Shown one piece after another: positions 18,729 through 28,549 of a DNA stretch of 62,267 bases (position 1 is its first letter; each line of letters begins with the position of its first letter). The translations under genes were made by a program, and so were the position numbers. The notes below the pieces were generated by a model. The model was not told the DNA's origin. It searched no databases and saw only the letters and a program-made list of their open reading frames with translations. The stretch is from Muribaculaceae bacterium (GTDB lineage Bacteria; Bacteroidota; Bacteroidia; Bacteroidales; G3-4614): NCBI GenBank assembly GCA_017546805.1, contig JAFYRT010000015.1, positions 1-62,267 on the forward strand. The letters are read 5' to 3'.

Positions 18729-19502
18729 TTATTTACCTTTTACAATACCTCTGTCTGAAGATTTTACGAAATTAACAATAATCTCTTTTTCTTCTGAATC
18801 GGGTACTTCAGCAATAATTTTATTAATTGCATCGGTGTTGTTAAGGTCCGAATTATACAGAATTCGGTACATTGCTTGAATATTCTCTATTTGTTCGGCA
18901 GTAAATCCTCTACGTCTTAAACCAATCAAGTTAATACCGGCAAATACGGTTGGTATTCTTCCCACAACAGCAAAAGGAGGTACGTCTTTGTTGATGTGGC
19001 TACCGCCTTGAATCATTACTTGAGTACCAATTTTTGAGAATTGGTGCATAAGAGTTCCTCCACCAATTGTAGCAAAGTCGTCTATCTCAACCTCTCCTGC
19101 TATTTGTGAAGCATTGGCTACGATAATATTGTTTTTCAATATACAGTCGTGAGCTATGTGAGAGTATGCCATAATAAGACAGTTGTTTCCTACAACGGTT
19201 TTTCCTCTCGATGCAGTTCCTCTGTTTACAGTAACAAATTCTCTGATGGTTGTGTTGTCTCCAATCTCTGCAGTACTATATTCTCCTCTGAATTTTAGGT
19301 CTTGAGGTTCTCCGCCAATAACGGCACCTGAGCAAATATGGCAATTTTTACCAATTCTTGAACCTTTTAAAATACTTGCATTAGAGTCAATTCTGGTTCC
19401 GTCTCCAATTATAACATCCTCTTCAATGGTGACAAAAGGACCAATGACAACATCTTTGCCAATTTGAGCATCGGGATGTATCGAAGCTAGTGTTTGTTGC
19501 AT
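18729..19502 (-). CDS. lpxA: UDP-N-acetylglucosamine acyltransferase
   Basis: Hexapeptide repeats, PQDLKF, IREFVTVNRGT, HIAHDC. Confidence 0.96.
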   Translation of the reverse strand: MQQTLASIHPDAQIGKDVVIGPFVTIEEDVIIGDGTRIDSNASILKGSRIGKNCHICSGAVIGGEPQDLKFRGEYSTAEIGDNTTIREFVTVNRGTASRGKTVVGNNCLIMAYSHIAHDCILKNNIIVANASQIAGEVEIDDFATIGGGTLMHQFSKIGTQVMIQGGSHINKDVPPFAVVGRIPTVFAGINLIGLRRRGFTAEQIENIQAMYRILYNSDLNNTDAINKIIAEVPDSEEKEIIVNFVKSSDRGIVKGK

Positions 19503-19513
19503 ATCTTTATCTA

Positions 19514-20896
19514 TTATTTGTTTTTTACTATTTGGGCAAGGAATTCTGCTTCCGTTGCAATTTTATCTCCTACAAAAACGTATCCTTTCATTGAGGCAAT
19601 TCCTCTGCGTAGTTCCGATACAAATGATACGTGGAATATTGCAGTATCTCCGGGAACAACTTTTTGTCTGAATTTTACATTATTAATTGTCAAGAAGTAT
19701 GTTGAATACTCTTCAGGGTTGTCCACAGAGCTTAATACCAATAATCCTCCTGTTTGAGCCATAGCCTCAACCAGCAATACTCCGGGAACAACAGGCTCTT
19801 GAGGGAAGTGTCCTTGGAAGAATGGTTCGTTGGCTGTAAAGTTTTTAAGACCTACGATGGCTTTGCTATCCATATCGATGATTTTGTCTACCAATAGCAT
19901 TGGATAGCGGTGGGGCAACAACTCTTTAATGCGGTTAACATCCATTAAAGGAGCATTGTTTGGATTGTAATTAGGAGCCTGTACCTCTTGCTTTTTCATA
20001 TCCTTGCGGATAGCTTTTGCAAGTTTGTTGTTGATACCGTGTCCTGAGCGAGTTGCAATAACTCTACCTTTGATTGGTTTGCCAATTAGAGCAAGGTCTC
20101 CAATAAGATCAAGGAGTTTGTGTCTTGCAGGTTCGTTGTCAAAAACCAAAGGTTTGTTGTTTATATATCCAAGTTCTAATGAATTTTTCTTTTGAGTGCC
20201 CATTAAATCAGACAATCTGTCCAATCCCTCTTGCGACATCTCTTGGTCGTATATAACAATTGCATTGTCAAGGTCTCCACCTTTTATAAGACCTGCATTC
20301 AAAAGAGGCTCAATCTCTCGCACAAAAACAAATGTTCTGCTTGCGGCAATCTCCTCTTTGAAATTTTCCATGTTTTCAAGAGTTGCAAATTGATTGCTCA
20401 ATACAGGCGAGTTAAAGCTGATAAGGGTGTTGATGCTGAAATTCTCATCCGGGAGAATGATAAGAGAGGCACCGCTCTCCTCGTCTTTAACCTCCATTTT
20501 GTTTTTTACAACATAGAAGTCTTGGTCTGCATCCAACTCTACTATACCAACTCTTTCAATCTCCTCGACATAGCGAATAGCACTACCGTCAAGAATAGGG
20601 AATTCTGGTGCGTTAACTTCGATTAAACAGTTTGTGATACCATAAGCATACAAAGCAGCCATACCGTGTTCAATGGTACTTACGCAAGCTTCGCCTTTTT
20701 TGATTACGGTTCCACGTTGAGTTTGACAAACCGCTTCTGCCACAGCGTCTATAATAGGCTGTTCGGGTAGGTCAACGCGTTTTATTTTGTATCCGAAGTT
20801 TTCGGGAGCAGGATTGAATGTTACAGTTATGTCAAGACCTGTGTGTAATCCTTTTCCGCTTAACGAAAAACTCTCTTTTAAACTTTTCTGTTTCAT
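19514..20896 (-). CDS. lpxC-fabZ: bifunctional LpxC/FabZ
   Basis: Start probably MKQKSL; GKGLHTG, TIEH, RHKLLDLIGDL, then LPHRYPMLLVD and FFQGHFP. Confidence 0.95.
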   Translation of the reverse strand: MKQKSLKESFSLSGKGLHTGLDITVTFNPAPENFGYKIKRVDLPEQPIIDAVAEAVCQTQRGTVIKKGEACVSTIEHGMAALYAYGITNCLIEVNAPEFPILDGSAIRYVEEIERVGIVELDADQDFYVVKNKMEVKDEESGASLIILPDENFSINTLISFNSPVLSNQFATLENMENFKEEIAASRTFVFVREIEPLLNAGLIKGGDLDNAIVIYDQEMSQEGLDRLSDLMGTQKKNSLELGYINNKPLVFDNEPARHKLLDLIGDLALIGKPIKGRVIATRSGHGINNKLAKAIRKDMKKQEVQAPNYNPNNAPLMDVNRIKELLPHRYPMLLVDKIIDMDSKAIVGLKNFTANEPFFQGHFPQEPVVPGVLLVEAMAQTGGLLVLSSVDNPEEYSTYFLTINNVKFRQKVVPGDTAIFHVSFVSELRRGIASMKGYVFVGDKIATEAEFLAQIVKNK

Positions 20897-21037
20897 GGTT
20901 AAATATTTTCCGTACAAACCTAAATGCAAATAAACTCAAATATTTTATACAAAAAAAATGTTTTGTAAAAAATAATCGTTGTCTTTTAATCTTTTTTGCT
21001 AAGACCTTTGTTTTAGGATGTCGTTTTATACTTAAAA

Positions 21038-22093
21038 TTAATTATTTTCTTTTTCAGAAAGTTGAGCTTTTAACTTCTCAACCTCTTTTTGTAACTCTCT
21101 CACTGCGTTGTTGATTTCGGGTAGTCGTTTTGTTAAAACAACCTGTCTTGCAAACTCTTTTGCAGGAACGGCAGGATATCCTAAAAGATTTGCTTTTGCC
21201 TCAACGCTGTTTGGAATACCAGATTGTGCTCCAATGTTTACATTGTCGCCAATAGTTATGTGTCCGGCAAAACCAACTTGTCCGCCAATCATACAATGTT
21301 TACCAACCTTTGTTGAGCCTGCAACACCAACTTGTGCTGCCATAACTGTGCTTTCGCCAATCTCAACATTGTGGGCAACCTGAATAAGGTTGTCCAATTT
21401 GGCGCCACGTCTAACAACGGTAGAACCCATTGTGGCTCTGTCTATAGAAGTGTTTGCACCAATCTCAACGTTATCCTCAATGATTACATTTCCAATTTGG
21501 GCAATTTTTACATACTCTCCGTTTTGAGGAGCAAAGCCAAAGCCATCACTGCCAATAACAGTTCCGGCATGGATGATTACGTTGTTTCCGATTACGCAGT
21601 TGTGGTAGATTTTAACACCGGGATATATTATACAGTTTGTTCCAATTTTTACATTGTCGCCAATGTAAGACTGAGGATATATTTTAGTGTTGTTGCCAAT
21701 CGTCGCAAAATCCGAAATGTATGCAAAAGCACCAACGAAAACATCTTCGCCGATAGTTGCGCTATCCGATATGTATGAATTGTCCTCTATGCCGTTTTTT
21801 TGAGGTCTGGTAGCTTGGTCAACCATGTTTAACAATAGGGCAAGGCAAGCATAAGGGTCGTCAACCTTGATAAGAGTGGTTTTAACCTCTTGCTCAGCAA
21901 CAAAATCTCTTCTTACAAGAACTGCACTTGCTTTAGTGTCGTAAATATGGTGTGTATATTTGCTATTTGCAAGGAATGATAATGTTCCTGGTTTACCGTC
22001 GTCTATTTTAGAAAGATTATTTACTTTAATAGAACCATCTCCTACAACCTCTCCGTGTAAGAACGATGCAATTTGCTCAACTGAAAATTCCAT
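21038..22093 (-). CDS. lpxD: UDP-3-O-acyl-glucosamine N-acyltransferase
   Basis: [22 protein letters not shown]. Confidence 0.96.
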   Translation of the reverse strand: MEFSVEQIASFLHGEVVGDGSIKVNNLSKIDDGKPGTLSFLANSKYTHHIYDTKASAVLVRRDFVAEQEVKTTLIKVDDPYACLALLLNMVDQATRPQKNGIEDNSYISDSATIGEDVFVGAFAYISDFATIGNNTKIYPQSYIGDNVKIGTNCIIYPGVKIYHNCVIGNNVIIHAGTVIGSDGFGFAPQNGEYVKIAQIGNVIIEDNVEIGANTSIDRATMGSTVVRRGAKLDNLIQVAHNVEIGESTVMAAQVGVAGSTKVGKHCMIGGQVGFAGHITIGDNVNIGAQSGIPNSVEAKANLLGYPAVPAKEFARQVVLTKRLPEINNAVRELQKEVEKLKAQLSEKENN

Positions 22094-22455
22094 AATATTT
22101 TACTTTCTCGCTGTTATGTTGTAGCATTGTTTTCCTTGTTCAAACAACATATATCATCAACATAACAAGGCATTGATTATATCATGCAAATTTCGTAAAA
22201 AAAATCAAAAGAACAATCTTTTTTATACTAAAATTAATTAAATGTGTAATTCCATTTTATAAAACAGCTCTAATTAGTTGTTATATAGAGCATATCTTCT
22301 CTTTTGTTTTATAAAAATGTATAAATGATAATGTTAAAGAGTTTTGAATAAATTAACAAAAAATATTTGACTGATTAACGAATATTAATTGAAAAAAGTA
22401 AGTTTAAATTAAATAAATTTCCTTTTTTTGCAAAAAAATTAATTTAATAAGAAAA

Positions 22456-25400
22456 ATGAAACAAAACAGAAGTTTAGTAGTTTTAATTTGCTTGCTTTTT
22501 ACACTGTTTGAAAGTATTGCAATGGAGAAGTTATATGACCCATATATGCCTGAGCCTCTACCGTCAGGAGCTCCCGAATGGATGAAGGCTATAGAAGAGA
22601 ATCCGTCAGGGGTAAACTTCAATGAAATGCAACGCCAATATCAAGCATGGACAGCAGAAGATGTTGATGTTCGTGTAAGAATAGTGGAAAACAAACAGGT
22701 GGTCAATTTCTATCGCAGATGGATGAGTGCATATAAGAAGTATGCTCAACCCGATGGCACAATAAAACTTATGACAATGGATGAATATGCCAAGCAGATT
22801 GATGCCATGAATGCATCTGTTTCAAAACCAAAACGTCATTTAAAATCAGAGGAGATAACACAAATTTGGCGAAATATAGGACCCAATAAAACATATGTGC
22901 AAAAAAACGGAGAGGTTAAAGAGAAAGACTCTCAAGTTTGTGTGTTTCGTATAGCGGTAAGTTTAAGCGATAAAAACGTGCTATATTGTGGAACAGAGAA
23001 AGGTGTGGTATTTAAAACAACCGACCATGGAGAAAATTGGTATCCTTGCGCACCTTTGCATAACTTTGGAGGTTCAATCTTTAGTATAGCAATAGACCCT
23101 GAAGACAATAATATAGTATATGTAGGAGGAGGTCCATGGTTATGGAAGTCGACAGACGGAGGCGATACATGGAAACGCTGTGAAGGGATAACAAACCGAG
23201 TAAACTCTATACGAATAAATCCCGACAATAGAAAAAATATTACCATTGCAACAGGAGATAAGGATAACAAAAACGGAAGCGGTTTCTATATCTCTGAAGA
23301 TGGAGGCGAGAACTTCTTTTGTACAATAATGGGAATATGTTTTGACCACGAATTACAACCCGGAAATCCCAATAGAATATACCTTATAAAAAGAGATTAT
23401 TACGGAGTGTGGACCTATTTCTACTACTCAACCGATGGCGGATTTTCGTGGACACAATCATCTTTGCCGGTAAGCTTTACAGTATGCGGACGTTTAGCCG
23501 TAAGTGAAGCCGAAGGGGGCGAAAATTATGTTTATGCACTTATGACTTCAAGCTCGTATGGATATGACAGCGGACCTTTTGGCGGAAAAGGGGAACCTGC
23601 AATTCTTGTATCAAAAGATGCAGGATTGAATTGGGAAGACAAAACAAAATACGGAGGGTGGGGAACATTCTCTCCAATCATGGATACAGCAGGAGGACAA
23701 GGATATTTTGATATGATGATAGGAGCATCTCCTTCAGACCCTAAAAAAGTTTTGTTTGGTTTAACCTCGTTATATCGCTCAACAGAGGAGGGAGTAACAG
23801 ATTATCGTGACGGAGCAATAGGCGGATATCAACGATCTGATTGGATGCACTGTGATATTCAAGACATAGCAATTCATCCATGTGGTGATACATGGATTTG
23901 TAACGATGGAGGAATAAAATACTCTGCCGACTTTTTTGAGACCAAAGGTGAAGATAAATATAGAGGTATATATGCGTCCGACTATCAAGGATTAGGTGTT
24001 GGATGGAATGAGGATGTAATGGCTGCAGGGCGTTGGCATAATGGAGATGTTGTGCACGCTAAAAGTTTTGGAGAGGGAAACTCCCTTCATGTAGGAGGAG
24101 TGGAGATAGCAACAGGATATGTAATGTTGAGCAACCCGTGGAAAGTATATTTTACCGATGCAGGAACGAGAGTTCTCTCACCCGAAATGGGAGGTATTGT
24201 AGTTGACGATTATAAGACATGGTTTTCGGATATAAAACCATACGAGTCGTTGCGAATAAACGGAAAAATTGCAACCGACCCAAGATATGCTCAAAAAGTA
24301 TTTATTCAAGATATGACCAATGTGGTAGAGGGTTATATGTCATATGATGAAGGAGCTTCGTTCCAAAAAGTATTTGATAGCGATGGAGAAGATTTTTATG
24401 ACTATGAGTTTGCTCGTACCAATCCGGATAGAGTGTATATAATAGGTAACTACCATTTCTGGCGTTCAGATGATGGAGGATTGACATTTAAAGAGATGGA
24501 GGCATGGCCATTCCCCGAGTTGAATGTCTATATGTACTATACCAAAGTTGTTGTCGACCCCAATGACGCCGATCACGTCATAGCAATCTGTTGTAACTAT
24601 GAAGGAAAAGTTGTTGAGAGTTTCAATGGAGGAGAGTCGTGGCAAGAGTTTGATTTGGGAGCATTTAAGGATAAAAAAATACACCAGATAATTCTTGTTG
24701 GAGATGAGTATAACAGTTGTTATATGACATCTTTCGATGGTGCATACGTTTGGTTCAAGGATAATACAATGTCTGATTTCATTGATTATTCAACAGGATT
24801 GCCTCCTGGTGCAAGAATCTCAAAAGTAGTACCATTCTATAAAGATGCTGTATTGCGTATGGCTACCGATCAAGGATTGTGGGAAGCACCACTATATCAT
24901 CAAACATTCCGCCCTGTAGCTCAGCCTATGGCACTTAATTTGGGTGGAGGTGATTTGACAATGAACCCAAGTAAAGTTGTGCAATTTGATAGTTACAGTA
25001 TAGTTCGTCAAGACGAAAATACTGTTTGGAAATGGAGTTTCTCTCCGCAACCGCAATCGGTAAGCAATGCTAACGTTCGTAATCCGCAAGTAGTGTTTGG
25101 GAGGCCAGGAAAATATGATGTAACACTTACAGTAACAACCCCTGCAGGAACAAGTTCTCGTACAATAGAGGATATGATAGTTATTGATGGACCTGAAGGA
25201 GTGAACGATAGTGAATTGGTAGGAGAGGTAGGAGTAAAAAGCAATGTAATATCATCTTTGGAGAGTTTGATATTTATCACATCAGGATTAACCTCCGATG
25301 GAGTTATTACCATTCACAATACAAAAGGACAGTTGATGCATACACAACAACTATTGTCAACAGATGATGAGGTTGAGATAAATCTTCCTAATCTAAGCAA

Positions 25401-25467
25401 TGGAATATATATCTATTCTATCAAAACACCAACACAAAAATTCTTTGGAAAATTTATAATCAAATAA
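22456..25467 (+). CDS. secreted BNR/VPS10-like beta-propeller protein with PKD domain and T9SS CTD
   Basis: Many S-x-D-G-G-x-T/S-W Asp boxes, PGKYDVTLTVT, GIYIY...KFIIK. Confidence 0.82.
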   Translation: MKQNRSLVVLICLLFTLFESIAMEKLYDPYMPEPLPSGAPEWMKAIEENPSGVNFNEMQRQYQAWTAEDVDVRVRIVENKQVVNFYRRWMSAYKKYAQPDGTIKLMTMDEYAKQIDAMNASVSKPKRHLKSEEITQIWRNIGPNKTYVQKNGEVKEKDSQVCVFRIAVSLSDKNVLYCGTEKGVVFKTTDHGENWYPCAPLHNFGGSIFSIAIDPEDNNIVYVGGGPWLWKSTDGGDTWKRCEGITNRVNSIRINPDNRKNITIATGDKDNKNGSGFYISEDGGENFFCTIMGICFDHELQPGNPNRIYLIKRDYYGVWTYFYYSTDGGFSWTQSSLPVSFTVCGRLAVSEAEGGENYVYALMTSSSYGYDSGPFGGKGEPAILVSKDAGLNWEDKTKYGGWGTFSPIMDTAGGQGYFDMMIGASPSDPKKVLFGLTSLYRSTEEGVTDYRDGAIGGYQRSDWMHCDIQDIAIHPCGDTWICNDGGIKYSADFFETKGEDKYRGIYASDYQGLGVGWNEDVMAAGRWHNGDVVHAKSFGEGNSLHVGGVEIATGYVMLSNPWKVYFTDAGTRVLSPEMGGIVVDDYKTWFSDIKPYESLRINGKIATDPRYAQKVFIQDMTNVVEGYMSYDEGASFQKVFDSDGEDFYDYEFARTNPDRVYIIGNYHFWRSDDGGLTFKEMEAWPFPELNVYMYYTKVVVDPNDADHVIAICCNYEGKVVESFNGGESWQEFDLGAFKDKKIHQIILVGDEYNSCYMTSFDGAYVWFKDNTMSDFIDYSTGLPPGARISKVVPFYKDAVLRMATDQGLWEAPLYHQTFRPVAQPMALNLGGGDLTMNPSKVVQFDSYSIVRQDENTVWKWSFSPQPQSVSNANVRNPQVVFGRPGKYDVTLTVTTPAGTSSRTIEDMIVIDGPEGVNDSELVGEVGVKSNVISSLESLIFITSGLTSDGVITIHNTKGQLMHTQQLLSTDDEVEINLPNLSNGIYIYSIKTPTQKFFGKFIIK

Positions 25468-25470
25468 CAT

Positions 25471-28400
25471 ATGAAAATACGTAATCTTATAGCAGGAATA
25501 GCTATTATGGCTTCAGGTTTGAGTCTGTTTGCTCAAACTTCGGCGGATATGGAAAAATACTACACTCCATATATGTTGGATTATTTACCGGCAGGCTCCC
25601 CTGCATGGATGGCAAAGTTGGCAAAACCGCAGAATCTCAACTATTATGCCATGCTCGATAGTTTTAATACATATTTAAGAGCCAATCCCGATGCTCGAAG
25701 AAAAACACCACAAACAAAACAGGTGGTAAATCATTTTCGTCGTTTTCAGGATGCATATGTGAACTTTGTCGATAAGGACGGAATAATACGCTTGCCAAAG
25801 GTTGAGCAATACCGCAAAGAGGTAAGCGATATGAATCGTATAATATCAAAAAACAACATATTGAAGTCCACATTAACCGACAACGATGAGGAAGGCAAAT
25901 GGAAGGTGATATCTCCATATATAACATACGATATATATAGAAAGGAGGTCTCTCCCGCGCAAACAAATATTCAGAGATTTGCCGCTTCTCGTTCAAATCC
26001 AAATATATTGTATTGCGGTTCAGAGACAGGGTTAATATTTAAGTCAGTCGATAAAGGAATGAGTTGGACTCCATGTAATGGCGGAGAGTGGTTGTCAGGA
26101 GAGATAACGGCGGTTGACATTAGCCATACAAATCCAAATAAGGTAATTGTAGGAGCAGGAGGAGCATATTGGCTTACGACCGATGGCGGTACGGTTTGGA
26201 AAGATATTACTCCCGATCCATACAACTACAGTCGCACAAGTGCAGCGCAATTCAAACCTAACAACGATAAGGTAATTTTGGCAGGAACACGCACAAATCT
26301 ATATCGCTCAACCGATGGCGGAGAAAATTGGTATATCATGCTTAACGGAATGGTTTTTGATGTAAGATTTTCACTTCAAAATCCCAACATATGTTATGCT
26401 GCCGTAAAACAAAACAACACAGTGGCATTTTACAAGAGTTCTGATGCCGGCGAGAGTTGGGAAAAGCTCTCGGTAACCGACCGTCCTTTGATTAGTGCCA
26501 GAATAGGATTAAGTGAAGCGCCAACAGGGGCAGATTATGTATATATATGGGCGTGTAGAATTGACAGTTATACTCAATACGACGACCTATACTTAAGCGG
26601 TTCTCCTTTAATATTTAAAAGCACTAATGCAGGAAATTCATTTACAGAGTATGACCCTGTAAGCCAAATGGAGACAGTCGATAAGTTTGGAGGACAAGGT
26701 TATTACGATATGGTGTGTGTAGCATCTGCAACCGATCCCGAAACAGTATTGTTTGGAATAATTCAACTTTACCGTTCAAAAGACGGAGGTAAGACAATAG
26801 AAAATATTGGTGGATATTATGGGAATAGCAGCAAGGCAAATTTCGATTTGCACTGCGACCAACAATGTATTCAAACCAATGGCTCTGGCGATACATGGCT
26901 CTCAACCGATGGAGGAATTATATATAGTAACGACTTTTTTGAGTGGCATGCCGAGGGTCGTTTCAGTGGAATATATGCTTCGGAGTTGTGGGGATTTGAC
27001 CAAGGTTGGAACGAGGATGTTATGGTAGGAGGTAGAAATCATAACGGAAATATGTCGCAAATTGATCAGTACAACGGAGCAAGTATATATATGCGAGGAT
27101 CGGAACGCCCAACAGGATATATTTTCTTGTCAAATCCACGCAAGGTATTTTATACCGATGGTAGTGGAGCGGTGATACTTCCTGACGACATGAACGATGA
27201 ATTTGAAACCTTGTATAACTTTTGGATATATCCAAAGGAGTCTACTCAACACGGAATAGGATTTGAATTTGACCCACGATATGCACAATGTTTTTATGTG
27301 GTAAAAAGTAGTAGTTTCTGGGATGAGGAGTATAAGGTGTTATGGCGAACAACAGACGATGGATTATCATTCTCAGAGGTTTATAAGTTTAACAATCCAA
27401 TATCGTCGGTTGCAGTTTCTCGATCAAACCCCAATAAGATAGTAGTGGGAACATACGGAAGAATATACTACTCGACCGATATGGGAGAGACATTTACAGA
27501 GTATATGATACCCGATGATATGACATATACCATAAACTATAAAATAGCCATACACCCTACAAATGAAAATGAAATATGGGTAAGCGATAATAACCCGGGA
27601 GGAATGTGGGTGACAAAAAACAACGGAGCAACATGGGAGAAATTTGATAAAGGATTAACCATAGCATCGTGGGATAATACTATAACGCCACATCAAGTGG
27701 GACGTTTCTTCCTTACAGGAAACGAAAAGAATGCAGTATATGCCGTTGCATTTACAATGGGATACTTGAACGAAAGATATACAACCCCACGAGGTCGACT
27801 TTTATATTGTGATGATACAACCGACGGATGGATTGATTTGCATGACGGATTACCAAAAGTAATGGTACTAAATCGTTTATTGCCTTTCTATAAAGAGGGA
27901 GTGGCTCGTTTAGCAACAAACAATGGAATTTGGGAGAGAGATTTGGTGGATAAAGAGTTTAAGCCCATAGCTCAACCATTGTTGTTGAATGTTGGTTCAG
28001 GGGATAATACAACATCATCTTATCCCACCGAGATACAACTTGAGAGTTATAGTATAGTAAATCAAACCAATGCCGAGTGGAAGTGGGATATAATGCCCGA
28101 ACCATTATATATAAGTTCAAAAACCGAGCGTAATCCCGTTATGCGAATCGAAAAAGATCAGTCGTATGATATAACTCTTACGGTAACAACCCCTGCAGGA
28201 ACCGATTCAAAAACCATAAAATCTATGATTAAGGGTTCAAAACCTGTGCCTGAAGATACGGGGGTAGAGGAGGCATATATCAATACTCGCAATCTTAAGC
28301 TAATTTCAGGCAATAGTGTAGAGACAGGGAAAGATTTCATCTTTGCACTTCAAAACATAGGAAGTATAGAAATGAAAATATACTCAACAAACGGTAAAAT

Positions 28401-28530
28401 GGTATTAGCAAAAAAAGGTTCAGCAACAATCAATATACCAACTGAGGGAATGACTGCAGGAGTATATTTTTACATGGCACTCGATGATAAAGGATACAAA
28501 TACACAGGAAAACTCTTGGTAAAAGAGTAG
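25471..28530 (+). CDS. paralogous BNR/VPS10-like beta-propeller protein with PKD domain and T9SS CTD
   Basis: Same architecture; shares GGQGY.DM, GWNEDVM, YDITLTVTTPAGT with the upstream gene. Confidence 0.82.
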   Translation: MKIRNLIAGIAIMASGLSLFAQTSADMEKYYTPYMLDYLPAGSPAWMAKLAKPQNLNYYAMLDSFNTYLRANPDARRKTPQTKQVVNHFRRFQDAYVNFVDKDGIIRLPKVEQYRKEVSDMNRIISKNNILKSTLTDNDEEGKWKVISPYITYDIYRKEVSPAQTNIQRFAASRSNPNILYCGSETGLIFKSVDKGMSWTPCNGGEWLSGEITAVDISHTNPNKVIVGAGGAYWLTTDGGTVWKDITPDPYNYSRTSAAQFKPNNDKVILAGTRTNLYRSTDGGENWYIMLNGMVFDVRFSLQNPNICYAAVKQNNTVAFYKSSDAGESWEKLSVTDRPLISARIGLSEAPTGADYVYIWACRIDSYTQYDDLYLSGSPLIFKSTNAGNSFTEYDPVSQMETVDKFGGQGYYDMVCVASATDPETVLFGIIQLYRSKDGGKTIENIGGYYGNSSKANFDLHCDQQCIQTNGSGDTWLSTDGGIIYSNDFFEWHAEGRFSGIYASELWGFDQGWNEDVMVGGRNHNGNMSQIDQYNGASIYMRGSERPTGYIFLSNPRKVFYTDGSGAVILPDDMNDEFETLYNFWIYPKESTQHGIGFEFDPRYAQCFYVVKSSSFWDEEYKVLWRTTDDGLSFSEVYKFNNPISSVAVSRSNPNKIVVGTYGRIYYSTDMGETFTEYMIPDDMTYTINYKIAIHPTNENEIWVSDNNPGGMWVTKNNGATWEKFDKGLTIASWDNTITPHQVGRFFLTGNEKNAVYAVAFTMGYLNERYTTPRGRLLYCDDTTDGWIDLHDGLPKVMVLNRLLPFYKEGVARLATNNGIWERDLVDKEFKPIAQPLLLNVGSGDNTTSSYPTEIQLESYSIVNQTNAEWKWDIMPEPLYISSKTERNPVMRIEKDQSYDITLTVTTPAGTDSKTIKSMIKGSKPVPEDTGVEEAYINTRNLKLISGNSVETGKDFIFALQNIGSIEMKIYSTNGKMVLAKKGSATINIPTEGMTAGVYFYMALDDKGYKYTGKLLVKE

Positions 28531-28549
28531 AAAAAGCTTTTGGATTCAG